Shown here: positions 24,659 to 37,737 of the stretch, one piece after another
How positions within the stretch are numbered: the stretch's first letter is position 1
Layout: every line of letters begins with the position of its first letter
Assembly (NCBI RefSeq): GCF_000150275.1
Contig: NW_002060950.1
Location: forward strand, 2,966,596 to 3,030,595
Length of the DNA stretch: 64,000 nt
Source: Trichoplax adhaerens
Taxonomy: Eukaryota; Animalia; Placozoa
Reading direction: 5' to 3'
Notes under the pieces: model-generated
What the model was told of the DNA's origin: nothing
The model's input: the letters and a program-made list of their open reading frames with translations, nothing else
Databases searched by the model: none
Position numbers and translations under genes: made by a program

Positions 24659-27600
24659 ATGGTTTCATTTGGGTAAGGCTGTTATAAATTGCTATACCTA
24701 ATTACAAAGATAGAAATGATTAAAAATTTATTCACTATCTTAGCAAATATCTTGCTTTTAATTTAACTATACCTTGTAAGCTGCCATGTTTTGCTAGTTG
24801 TGAATCTGTTTCAGAATTAATTTGGAATTGTTATTATATCATACGCCTTTGTTTTTGTGAAGGGTTCGTAAATACTGTCGATATAAATTTTTATGATATA
24901 ACACGAAATAGTTCTACTGTGGATGATGTCATCAATAGATGATACTTACAACAAAATATCGTACGTCAGCAGCAAGGGAGACTGTGAAAGAGATTAATTG
25001 CTGTTTCCTGAAGTATTATCGAAATAGTTTACATTAACGACTAGAAGCATTTAAAGATTTGACGTACAAAATAATTTGCCTGGGCGAAAATGACTTGAAA
25101 TGGTATCCGATATAGAAGGATTCTAAATTAGAACTTTTATTTATATTTTAGTTCAGAAGAAACTACAATCTATGCTTGTGGAATAGAACAGCGAGTTACC
25201 AAGGTAAGTTGCCATACGCTTTTCGAAAACCATAACGTCCTTTGCTATCAAAATAACCTATGACAATTAAGTGATCTCTCCTATTCCGATACTTTATATC
25301 TTTGCTAGAAATAGGTCTCTTCGGAGCTTTCGTATTATTTACAGAAGATTCTTTTAATTTGAGCTGCCTATAATATGATTTGCCCTTAATATTATCAGCA
25401 GATGTTAGCTACTGCTACTGCTACGTTATCAACATGTATACCTTTTAATAGAAGTTTTACTCTATTGCATCATAGACTTATATTCGTTAATGCGATTTGA
25501 TTCCAAAACGGATTCAGCAGGATTTGAAAGTAGTTGCAAATTATGAAACTGACTAACTTTCAGTCACGTAGCCTTAAGTTTAGCAATTGCGAACCACTTA
25601 ACATTACTATTAATAATTTTCTTTTATAGTCCGGTAACTTTTGTAGTTCCTATAGCGGTAATGCGTAATAGTAGATCAAAGCAGGCTCGAGAAGGATTCG
25701 AAAATAATCTACTCGTATGTTGTTCTTTGCCAGTTTCATAACTTAAAATGGTTCCATCCACATCTTCAGCTCTAATATATATCTATAGTATCATATGTAC
25801 AATTTAACGTAGTATTAATATATTAATTAGATCCCAACACCTACTAACAAATGATTAAGGAGATTTATGGCAATAAGACTTAGCATCTAGAGCCATTAAT
25901 ACAGATTGTAACTTCAGAGTAAAATTTTTACACTACCTGCTATTGTTTTGAAATCGCAGATTTCGATCTTTAAACCAATTTTATGCTGATTCTATGCTAT
26001 AAATTAAATTAACTGGTCTATGTAAATACGTATCGTTATTATTTTTTACATATTGGATTTCTGTAGAAATTTAAGCAAAGGGTCCGTAATCTTTGCAATA
26101 ATGTTGGCATTACTATAACCAGATATACTTGTGATAAAAGAAAGAGTTGGAATCTTGCGTGAGTAATGTTGATAATTAATTTCTGTAGCAACATGGCCAT
26201 AATATTAAGCATGATTGCTTTCAATTACATCAGAATTTTATACTAAGAGAGCACTTAGACATTTAATCAAAGGGAATTTAATTTCATGTAGTTAAAACAT
26301 TTTAGTTTATTCAAGAATACGATTATAGATCGCTATTTTTATTTAGCTTATAGTATCTGGGTTTATTTCTAAAATCAACTTCGTGTTTACTCGAGTACTC
26401 GATTCTAAATGTCCTAAATAATACAGTACCGGTATATTAAACTATTGCAGAATGATAAAGAAATAAAAGTAAGCCTTAACGAATGGCATACTAATCGCCT
26501 ATATTCATTCTAAATATTTTTCATTACCTGATATTAGGGAATTGACTGTCGATTCGAAAGATGATGCCGTTATGTTGATGTGTCATCTGAAAAATGTAAA
26601 ATGTGGAAATAGTAGATTTGGATTAAGAATGTTTTGGCCAGCAGAAATGGGACAGAAAAAGCGTAAAAAATTGAATGCGATGGTTCGAAAGTTTATGACC
26701 GCTTTAAATAGGAACGAATATGGCTGCTTTTACCATAAAGACATTGAAGAAAAGTACGTTCCTAACTGATTATTATTTATAAATTTGCAAACTATTTCAA
26801 TTATCTTCTTACGGTAGCGAAATTGAATACGTGATAGCAGGAAACTTCAGCATTAGTCGGCAATTAAAGTTATACCCAATATTTAATTGATGCAATTACT
26901 TAAATTTGTACCATATCTTAGAAAGGTTATGATTAACAAGATGATAGACAATTCGCAGTTTTTAAAGGTTTCAGCTGAAGTCATTATATCTAATGTTCCC
27001 GAATCAATGCACCAGGTTTGTGGAATACTTTGTCAACAGTTTTCTGCGTCTATATAATTGGTATTCGATTAATAATTATATATCTATATTAAAATCCATA
27101 GTTTGCAAATATTAATAGGTATCATTTATGATTTAAATTCATCAATTCTATAGATGGAGCTCTTCCATTTAGCGAGTCAAGCTGGAATCGTGACTAGCTT
27201 GAAGATGATTGAGTCTGATAAAGCGTAAGAACCATTATTAACATGGAATACTAGGAATGCATTATTACTTGTATTTCGTTCTATAGATCTAAATGCCAAT
27301 TGGCTTTATCAGTATAATATAGAAAATTAAATTGCTATATTGCTATAGAAAGGCTACTCCAATTATAGTTGAGTAGCGTGATACTACTAACTTTAAAAAC
27401 AAATTATCTCAATTTCAAATATCGGAATAGTAAGGTTACTAATACTTTAAGTGAGAAGCGTGGAACTGTCGACTTCAAAAAAAAATTATCGCGTTTTTCA
27501 AGTATCAGAATAGTAGGACTGCTAACATTATAAGAGGGGAGCATGACGCTGTTGACTTTAAAAAACAAATTATCATATTTTTAAGCATCAGAATAGTAAG

Positions 27601-30600
27601 ATAACAGCTACTACTATTATAAATGGATATCATGATACTATTGACTATAAAACAAATTATCCTATTTTCAAGTATCGGAATGTTCATAATTTTAGATTTC
27701 CATGCATCATCTACGCGTATTTCGCGCTTGCGAAGCTATGGTTCAGCCCTAAATATATCTAATACTAAGATTGTTAAAGGAAAATCACTCTGTTACGAAT
27801 TGTATATGAATCGTTAATACTGATATATAATAATTTAAATAGTTTCAAGTTAATCTAAAGATAGACTGATTTGCAGCTAGATAGTCCTTGGTAGTTATAA
27901 GACGAACCGAATATATGCAACAAAGTGAACTTCCCCCCAAAATTATAGTTCTCATTTTATTTTAAGAAATATTTTATCACAAAGGCATAGTTCAATTCTT
28001 AATTTTCAATTAATCAAAAGGATTATGCAATCGAATGGAATTCGTTTAGTATAGAGCATAGAATTCGGAGCAGCTATGAGCCAAATAAAGCTACTAAACG
28101 TATTTTTACTTTCATTCTTTAGGCGTGTGGTCTATCCTAGACAATCAGACGCTGTTATTGCCTTATTATGCTTGGACAAATTTGAAATTTTAAGCAATCA
28201 GCCAATTCATCTAAAAATTCTTCATTCTGCCCAATTTGAATCATTGTATGATGAAGTTTTCCGACTTCGAAATATCTTGAAGAAGGAACGACGCAACAGC
28301 GATTTTATATCATTGCAGCAGGATGATATGTTAAGTCACGAGGAAACAGATCTTTCTAGCGATCAATTAAAGTTTGCTAATCAAAGAGGAAATGATCTAC
28401 TGGAATCTGAAATGGCAGAAAATCGAAGTAGTCATAAATTTGATAGAATGGCAGAAAATATCAAAGAGACCAATATATTTAATGGAATGAAGTATGGGGA
28501 TATCGTAGATGATGAAGGTGAAACTAATGAACATACAATCAATTTGAAGAACAATATCTCTCGAATTAGAGTACAAATTTCGTACTGATTAGTTAAAATT
28601 GGCCTATAAAAAATTGTGTTTAAATCTAGTTCATGAATGCACTAATTCTATAATTGTGCCTATATATCGAATATAGATATGATTAAAAAAGAAAATATTC
28701 TACCCCAGGAGGTTTGCTTTCTTATTCAACAAGTTAATCTAGAGCAAAAACTCAGGGATAAAGGTTACAAAGTTTCATTTAAGTTTACAAACTGTGATCG
28801 GGGAAGTAAATTAACCGTGTATATGATTAGAGGAACGCAATATTATATTCACTACACCTTGAGTAATTTCAGTAATGTTGTTGATGGAAGAGGTAGCTTA
28901 TCAGATCAACTATGTGACTATTTTGCACAGTATACTGAAATGAGAGAGTTTATGAATCAGAAATTGCGAGATGATGATATTTATGCTGGAGTATTCAAAA
29001 AGAGCGGTAGTACCTATGCGTCTATTGTTGCCTTAGATGTTGAGACCCATCAGAGAGCAAACGAGATTTTACAAGAAATCTTTTGTACTCGCTCTGTAAC
29101 TTTTGCTAGCGAGAACTTGCTCTTATTAGATGATAAAGATGAGTATCTTTCTAAAATTCGAGATGGCCTTGCCTTTCGTGATAAGGTTCACTTTAAAGTA
29201 AAAGCAGACAATTGCAGAGAAAATAGAGTTATAACGGTAACAGGTCCTCGCAAGATCACCCACGATGCATTATCAATCCTTTCCATGCTAGTAAAAGACT
29301 ACGGATTGGTAAATCTAAGTTTCAAAGTTACCCCTCCGTCGATATTGGAATATCTACAGATATATAGGAAAGAAAATATTCAGAAATTGGAAAATGAGTA
29401 TAAATGTCATATTGAAATGGCAAAGGCACTAGTGAATACTGTTAGTCGTAGTAAAATTACAAAGAATATCACCATTCAGTGTGCTGAGTGCTATAAAACT
29501 GTAATTCGTCAAAAATTAAATTCTATGATCGGAGGATTTGTCACGGAGAGAGAAGATTGGATCAGTCAATACTCAAAAATTGGAAGATTTATAACTTCTA
29601 GTCAAAACATCATCGAGTTGGATGGGTTACGAACAGAAATGCCATGTGTTCTTATAATTACCAGAAATGGATCTTACAGGTGAGCGATATATGGTTAGAA
29701 TAGGATCTAACTGGGAGATTCCTTTGATGCTTACTATTTAATAGTAATTATGCTGAGCAAATGTCACTAAATGAAATGAAAGCATAAAAAATTATTTGAC
29801 GCTTAGAAGCGGATAAAATCATAATTTAATGAGGATACATTTTGCATCAATCATGCCTTATTATTAACACCAATGGTACATGATATCTTAGGCATAACTA
29901 CATAAATAAATTACTTGAGCGCTATTTTCTGTAATATTGATTACGATGCTGTTTCACAAATATCCATAATACAGTGTTTATTCAGTGAATGAAGGCAAAC
30001 TGAAGCTTAATTATCAAAAGAAAGAGAAATCCGAAAATGTTCCTAATAAACCCATTCAGTTAGAGACCGAGAGCGTAAATCTGCCAGAAGCTACAAAATC
30101 GCCTACTATGCCTGCCATACAAAATAACGACTATGAACTGAAAGTCAATAATGTTACTATTAGAATATTAAAAGGGGAACTTGAGAAAATAGGAAAAAGT
30201 GTACGTATGCATAGTATTAAAGAATAAGTGTTCTAGGTGCTATATAAATTAATCATGATTCACTTCTTGCTTTCCTGTGCTAGGTTGATGCAATTGTTAA
30301 TTCAGTAGATCATGATAGCTTTGATCATGGAAAAATTGCAAGCTCATTAAGTAATATTGGAGGAAATTCCTACCTAAAAGAATGCCGTAATCAATTAGGA
30401 GATCTCGGAATTGACAGTATCGGTTGCACAAGTGGCCATTACTTTGGTTGTAAATCAGTATATCACATTCTGTTCTTAAGCTCTGACAGGTCATTATTAG
30501 TAAGTATAGCATTGAATTGATATCGAATGTATTTCATAAAGTATTACATAGCTAAAATTAAATTAAATTTAATAATTGCTTACTTCAATGCTACAATTAT

Positions 30601-33047
30601 AGCCATGTAATGACGTCTATATTTCGTAACTATTAACATTTTAGTGGCTTAGTAATCGTCTTAGAGATTGTCTAATGGAAATAAACAATGATTCTCTGGA
30701 ATCTATAGCCATACCAGCCATTGGAACAGGCCAAGCTGGCTTGAACGCTAACAAGGTTGCACAGGAAATGATGAGAGTATCTATTGAATTTGCCGTACAT
30801 AATACAGGAAGTTTACGAAAAATCAATTTTGTTATTTATCCAACCGATGTTGAAATTCATAAAGCTTTCAAAAATGCGCTAAAGTCTAGTGTGCCATTAG
30901 CGACTGAATTGCTATATCAAAATGAACAAATCGAGGAGATAATAAAACCGATAGGAATCAAAAAAACAGATTTTGAGGATAAGAATCGACTGCTGTTCTC
31001 TGCTCAATGCCTTATTGATGAGAAACCTATCTGTATAAATGTTTATCATGGCAATTTAAATGGTTTGAAAGCGGATGCTATCATGGATATGACGGCTTTG
31101 TGCTCTAAGCACAGTAAGGTGGATTCTCTTTCTGATACCTTACGAATTACTGATACAGAACATACATCGGAAACTTTACAAATTCTACCTATTTCTGGAT
31201 CGGATTGTAAAACCTATCAAGTTTGCCTTTACGGTTGTTTAGCTGGATTTAGTAGTATATTAACTCATATGAATGCTAATGGCGAAAAATCTGTCAATAT
31301 TCCGCTCTTGAATATTGAAATGAATTCTGGTCATATTAAAAACCTTATAGATTTCATCGAAACATTCATAGCCGAACATCAAAGTTTAGATATGAGTATA
31401 AACTGCATTAATTTTGTCATCGGATATGATGATCGAGCTGAAGAAATTGCAAGTTGGATGCAACGGAAACTAAAAAGCAAGGCTGTACAGTTTAACTGGC
31501 AAACCTCTTGTGATTCATCGATAAGAGCATTGGGTATAAATATATTTTATATTGCCCAAAGTAAAGAGGCAATTACGAGAGTCAAATCAAAAATTGAAGA
31601 GTCTAGTCATACTTGGACATGTCGTAAGCTGACTAGTAAAGAATTTTTTAGTCATATTGATGAAAATCGTTGGCAGCAACTTGTTTTACAATACTGGTCA
31701 GAGTACAACACTATTCTTGTAAATGAAAATCAAGGAAAAGTTGTAAGCATATATGGATTTGAGAAAGATATCGCTGATACCATTTCGGCTATTCACGAAC
31801 AAAGCAAAATATACTTTCAAGAAAAAGCTCTAGAGGAAGTCAAAGTATTTACTGCAGATAGCGCTAGATGGAGTGTAAAAGTCGGTCGATTTAGACGTCT
31901 ATTTGAGCCAAAATTGAGCTATGAGATAGAAAAAAATTATAAGAATTACGTAAAAGATAATAGTAAAATCATTTTTCGAATCGACTCTGAGACCAAAACG
32001 ATAAATTTGGATAGCATGAAGGTTACTCATATTAATGGAGTGGAATATCCGATTAAGAAATTATCTATTAAAGGTATTACAGAGCATAATTTAGAAATCG
32101 ATATACTTGATATTAATTATTGCGCTTACCGGTGTATATTGTTAGTAATTAAACGTATAGTCAATTGATACTCGATAGAACGTTAATTAGCAATGTATAG
32201 ATAAAAGCGTCATTTAATAATTAATAGTTCAGCTATTGCAAATGAGTAATGTAGCCTTTGTAAACGAAATTTATTTCTAAACATGTAGAAAGCAAGTTAA
32301 GACATGATATCCCGATACCCAGAAACTGGGAATACCAAAATAAGCATGAAATCAAAGACGGATACTTTCAAATAGTGAATGTCACAAATCAACGAGAAAT
32401 AGATGAAATATCTAAGCTTCTAGGACTTAGAGGGTTTACTGTTCGTAATTTGCGAAGAATCCAAAATTGGAATTTATACAGAAAATATCAAACAAGGAAA
32501 GCCGAGGTCACCGCGGCAGTTAAGAGATACAAACCAGGTGCTGACGTTGAAAAACGTCTATTTCATGGTACTGCCGCAAGTAAAGTAGATGTAATATGTA
32601 AGAATGGCTTCGATAGGGACTATTCCGGGACTTCTTGTGGTATATTAATATTTTACTGTTAGCGTTATGCATGCATGCCATAACATCCTAGTATAGTATT
32701 GAAATCTTTAGAATTAGGGAGAAGTCAAATTAGTTATCATACATAACAACTATTTTATTGAAATTTTGATAGGTTCCAAGCATGGAACAGGAAGTTATTT
32801 TGGTGTGAAGGCCGAATATTCAAAGCTATTTGGCAAAGTACTTTTGTTAGTACGAGTTCTAACTGGAATTTATGTCAAATCAAGCGTTACTGACAAGCCG
32901 AATTTGTCTATGATTCCTGGAAGCAAAGGAGAACGTGCTCATTCTGTAGTAGATCATGAAAGTAATCCCTCTTTGTATGTTATTTCTAATGATAACTCTG
33001 CATATCCGGAGTATATAATATATGTACAATCAAATACCTACTTGTGA
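24659..33047 (+). CDS. PARP14-like: Macro-PARP paralog 3 (PARP14-like mono-ADP-ribosyltransferase), intact, ~1477 aa
   Basis: Exons 24659-24672, 25152-25203, 26067-26158, 26538-26753, 26922-27015, 27154-27224, 28123-28517, 28677-29679, 29975-30200, 30284-30499, 30645-32073, 32289-32639, 32773-33047 (4434 nt, in frame). VDAIVNS..SIAIPAIGTG macro; ART LFHGT / HGTGSYFG / PSLYVISNDNSAYPEY (H-Y-L). Confidence 0.92.
27390..27680. repeat. Intronic minisatellite, ~4 x 80-90 bp
   Basis: Recurring act.taaaa.caaattatc...ttt.aagtatc.gaatagta units in intron 6 of paralog 3. Confidence 0.8.
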
Positions 33048-33088
33048 TGTATATCGATCACGAAATTCCAAATTTTAGAAGAATAAGA

Positions 33089-33520
33089 GCTTTATTGAAT
33101 CTTACGAAAAGATTAACTATACGCAGCTCTACTCTAGCCGAATACTACTACTAAAGACTTCTAGAACGAACTAACAGAATAATTTAAAGTTGCATGCTTT
33201 TATACTTTTCGTAGCATTCGCAGCTACAATCCGCATGGCAACCTTTTACCATATATTACACATAGTTAAATTATTCTTATAAACACTGTTCGGCTAAAGT
33301 ACAATAAATTAACCAAATCCTAATATATGATTTACAGTTCTATTTTTACCTATAACCTTATTAGTAACTCAACACCTTACTGTATATAGTCATCTGTACT
33401 CTAGCATAGAGTCTATACCACTACAGTCTATAGTTATGGCTACCAAATATCTCTTAAGGATAAATATCCACCGTACGTTATACTAAACATGGCTAACGGT
33501 CTACAATCACAATACTAGTT
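33089..33520 (-). repeat. Repeat family A copy just downstream of the paralog 3 stop codon
   Basis: Matches 11486-12010. Confidence 0.8.
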
Positions 33521-35335
33521 ATATTGAGCAAACTACCGGTATTGTATAATAAGTATCACGACCTAGGCTTTATATCTCATTACTGTAATATAGTATCGAT
33601 TAGAAAGGTACTTTCTTATGTTAACGTATAAATAATATTTCCAGAAACGTAAAATGATATCCTAGATCGCGTATAATTTAACTACCTCTATGCATTTAAG
33701 TTACTTTATTCATATTCCAATAAGTTCCCAAATAAAGTTACTATACATATCATGTCTTAGATGCCAGTATTGTTCTTGAAATTTCTATGTTATGAATGTA
33801 TCTATATGAATGTATCCAGGTACAACCAGTGCTTACATACAAGTTCCTTTTTTGTTTATATAGTAGTATAGAATCTTACTTGCTGGTCCTCGAGTACAAA
33901 TGGGAAAGATATCTGTAATATGTAATTATTTTACTTTACACAAGCATTTCTAAGTTTTCGTATTACAAAGTATTTTGTCATCAAATGTTGATATGAGATA
34001 TTTCTTTTACTGCAATACTCCATTAATAGCATAAAAACTATCTTGCAAATTACGATTACAGAAAAAAGCGAGTATTCAGATAATTTTCCGCCGTATATCT
34101 TCGCTGTATGACTAAGATCTGCAGACAATACTAAACTGAAGTCATTTTTATATTGCAAGGCCTAAAATTACGTTAAATTTATGGATTTTGTTTTGCTTAC
34201 TACTAGCCGTTGCCGTAATTATCTTCTTCTCCTTGTCAGTTTATTTGATCGAGGGAATTTAAAGAATAATCTCTGAACGCATTTGCATGATGCTGAAGCT
34301 ATTACTTATTAAAAGAGATACAAGTTATGAAGAATACTAGTGATTCTTTATTTCAATTGATTCGAATTAAAGTTATAATATCTCGTTTTTAAACATCTTT
34401 ATAAAAGGGTTGGTTCATGTACCGTTAAGAATTACCCAGATTTAGTTCTGAAGAAAATGAGAGAGCTTTGCTTCAATTTATTCGAACTGAGCTATAAAAT
34501 CTAGTGTTATAACATGTTTATAAAAGATTGGTTAAGTGCGTTATCAAGAGTTATTCAGATTTGAAGTATTAGGAAATTAAAGAAAATGTTTTCTTATCAA
34601 CATCATTACAATCTATGCCAGACACTTTTAAGAATCGAGATCCTCTGTTAGGTTAATTAAAATTGCACGATTACTTGCATGGATAGAAAGGAATTTAATA
34701 ATGTGTATAAATGAATAATAAAGAACAAAAACAAGCATCTAAATTAGCGATACTTGTACAGCACTCGATTCACGGTATAACTAGCGTATCTTGTATAAAA
34801 GCTTATTACATATGGTTATTTATTCTTTTCTACAAGGAAATACTATGCCTAGAAAAGTTGTGTCCTACTTTGAGGATCACAAATAATTTTACGTATAGCG
34901 TTGAATGACTGGACATATGCATACAGTAAAGGACAAAAAGCAGAGTTCTTTATAGCTTTAAGTATGTAACTATTATTATTTTACTATAAAAAATACCTAG
35001 AAAGTCATAGTATCTTTTAGTTATACCCTGCCAAATCTTAATGCTGCCATCGTTTCTTCTTCACTATTTTACAAGGTATTATATAGATTACTATAGGAAT
35101 AACTTAATAGCAATCCCCTAATCTAAAGAAAGGAAGTTTCATAGTCTATTAAGATTATAAATGAATTTAACTTAGTAACAAAACCCTATCCATATAGAAA
35201 GGGGATTTATAACAGGACAAAAAAGTACTGTAATGTCGGCTATAATCGTATAGTTACCGTACAACTTCATGCTAAAATATCAACTGTCTATACTAATGTC
35301 AGAAAAGTAGTCATAATGGTCATATAAAATTTTTG

Positions 35336-36040
35336 GATGGCAAATGGCGGAGGTTGTGTTGATTGGCGATTGTTAAGCAGTTAGATTGTTATTTTTATGA
35401 CTAAATCTTGATGTTTAAAAGTTAATTTTTAGACTTTTGTGATGTATAAAGATTAGGAATTATGTTAAAAGTGCAACTTAATGTATTTTATAGTATGTTT
35501 GGTTTTATAGCGTTTTGTAAGGGAATCGTAGGGTAAATCGTGTCTAAACTTTGAGTAATTTTTGATTTCTTAAGTGGTGGAAAGTAGTTTTCTAAAATGG
35601 ATCTTAAGAGTGATTGGTTAGAAAATATTAAGTTTTAAATACCACTGAAAGCTCAGCAAAGCCTATAAATGATAGTGCAATCAGAAAATTTAGAGTAGAG
35701 AGTAAAAGAAAATTGTTTTGAAGAACTTGTTGAATTTTAAAGGCCTTAGGGGTCGAACTATTGTAAGTTAAAACGTTCTTTTTTTGTTATGTTGTTTGGT
35801 TGTTGACAGTTTTAGTTCTGCCGTTTTTTTTTATTTGTTTACTTATAATACTTGGAGTTAAGTATTTGGAAGGCTGCTTGATCAGACTCTCTCACGTTTT
35901 CTTAATAAATGTTGATCGGTTTTTCCCCAATTTTATTTGGTGTCAAAGTTTTGCTTAGTCGAACAGAGTGCAAAGAAAGTAGAATCATAGGTAGTTAAAA
36001 GTTTTGTAACCTGATTTCTATACAGTTCATTTTATGACGC
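35336..36040. repeat. Repeat family B copy
   Basis: Matches 22735-23430. Confidence 0.85.
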
Positions 36041-37737
36041 TTATAAGAGTCAATCCTACAAGCAGTGCTGAAAATTGATAATTCTTTTAGCGTAGTTAGA
36101 TTGAAAGAATAGAAAGCATATAAACAAGTGCATTAAGCACCGAGAATAATGAATATCTATGGAAAAGAATTGAATTCAATTCAGACAATTAAGAGGAGGA
36201 TCTTGGTCAGCTTTTGTTTGAATAAGGAAGTGTTCCCTGCTTGATGGAGCTAACAGTATGTTTTGCATATTTATAGCATAAAAAGCATTTATTACTCTTA
36301 ATTATATTGTATTGTGGAATAAATTATTATCATTGATTAATGAGCGCCATGAATACTGTGTAATACTATTGTTAAGAAATACAGTAGCCTTTTAGAAATT
36401 AAAGAATAACAAGTATGCGGAAGTGTCGATAAGACGATTTATGTACATGGAGTGCTCCGATTGCCTTTAATGAGTAAAATGTCAAGCCTCCATTACGATA
36501 ATCATCGACGCTATCTATTTAAATTCTACCATCATGAATTCGCGTCTATAGCTATATTCTCTTATGTTCAGGCAGAGAGGCTGGCTAGCGCATAGTAAAG
36601 ATAATGACGATAATCAACATTATCAATCGGAATTTTACAATTATAATTTCTCATCTACGTCAATTAACTTTTATGTCTGAGCAATAGATTGATTAATTTG
36701 TAGAAAAATACACTTGTATATCGTGCAGTATGTTCTTGAACCATTGCAGCAACATACTAATGATGTTGTATAAGATTAAGAAAACGAATAGAAAGCAAAT
36801 GATATATACAGACATAGGAGATACTTGATTGTTAATACGTCGATCTTAGTAATCTAGAGCCGAATAGTAAAGAGGCATAATGAACATGTATAAAATAAAT
36901 AAGAACGAGATTTTCGGACAGCTTATTATACAGTGTTTTAGTCTAAACAAGGAACGTCTGAAAGCGGTGCATAGCCTCGTGATCGAATTATTATTATACT
37001 CTACTCATTTCGTCAATAGTCCACAGCGTAAACGTGATATCCTAAAAGTAAGACAGAAGGAATGCATATTGCTACTAATGTCTTAGCCGTAGAAAGGTTT
37101 CTAAACCTGTGATAACGTATTTTATTTTTATTCTTGGTAGAGGATTCATCCTACTTCAGCTTTTATGTTGTTACTGTAATGGACAGAAAGATAGACATGG
37201 AATCTAGCTATTCTGCTGTGATCTAAAGTAAAGGTCATTCATTATCTTGGTGATAGAATTCTTTTGAAAAAGAACTGTATTGTAATATACTAGTGTTAAA
37301 TTTTACATATAATGCAATTCAATTATACTATTGGAGATTGTCTACAAATAACGATTAGATTCTTAGTTGCTGACTAATATTAGTAAGATTAGAATATCGT
37401 TGCATAGTCTGATGAAGTTGTGTCTGTAAGGGCATCAATTCAATTTAGAATACCGCCATTCTTAATTTAATATTGCATAAACCCGAATTGTTATTGGTAA
37501 AGAACTAAAGGATAGTCCGGTTGGTGTACGATGGGGAAACTCTGGATTGAAAGATCGATTGTGTTAAAATTTTTCTTCAATAGCAGTCTTTCAAGGCCAT
37601 CCGTGCTCCAATTTGCTGAATAATTACGTCCTCTTACTGCAAGATTGGTGTTCTTAAATTGATACCGGTCTAGCCTAGATTAGCTTAAAAATTTGCTGTT
37701 GTTACAATTTGAGAGAAAAGTTATTTCAGTCATAAAA

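Noticed and set aside
37693-37737. Upstream TTG start of the 151-aa ORF
   Set aside because: Eukaryotic gene; the first in-frame ATG at 37738 has strong context and exposes the Gly2 motif.
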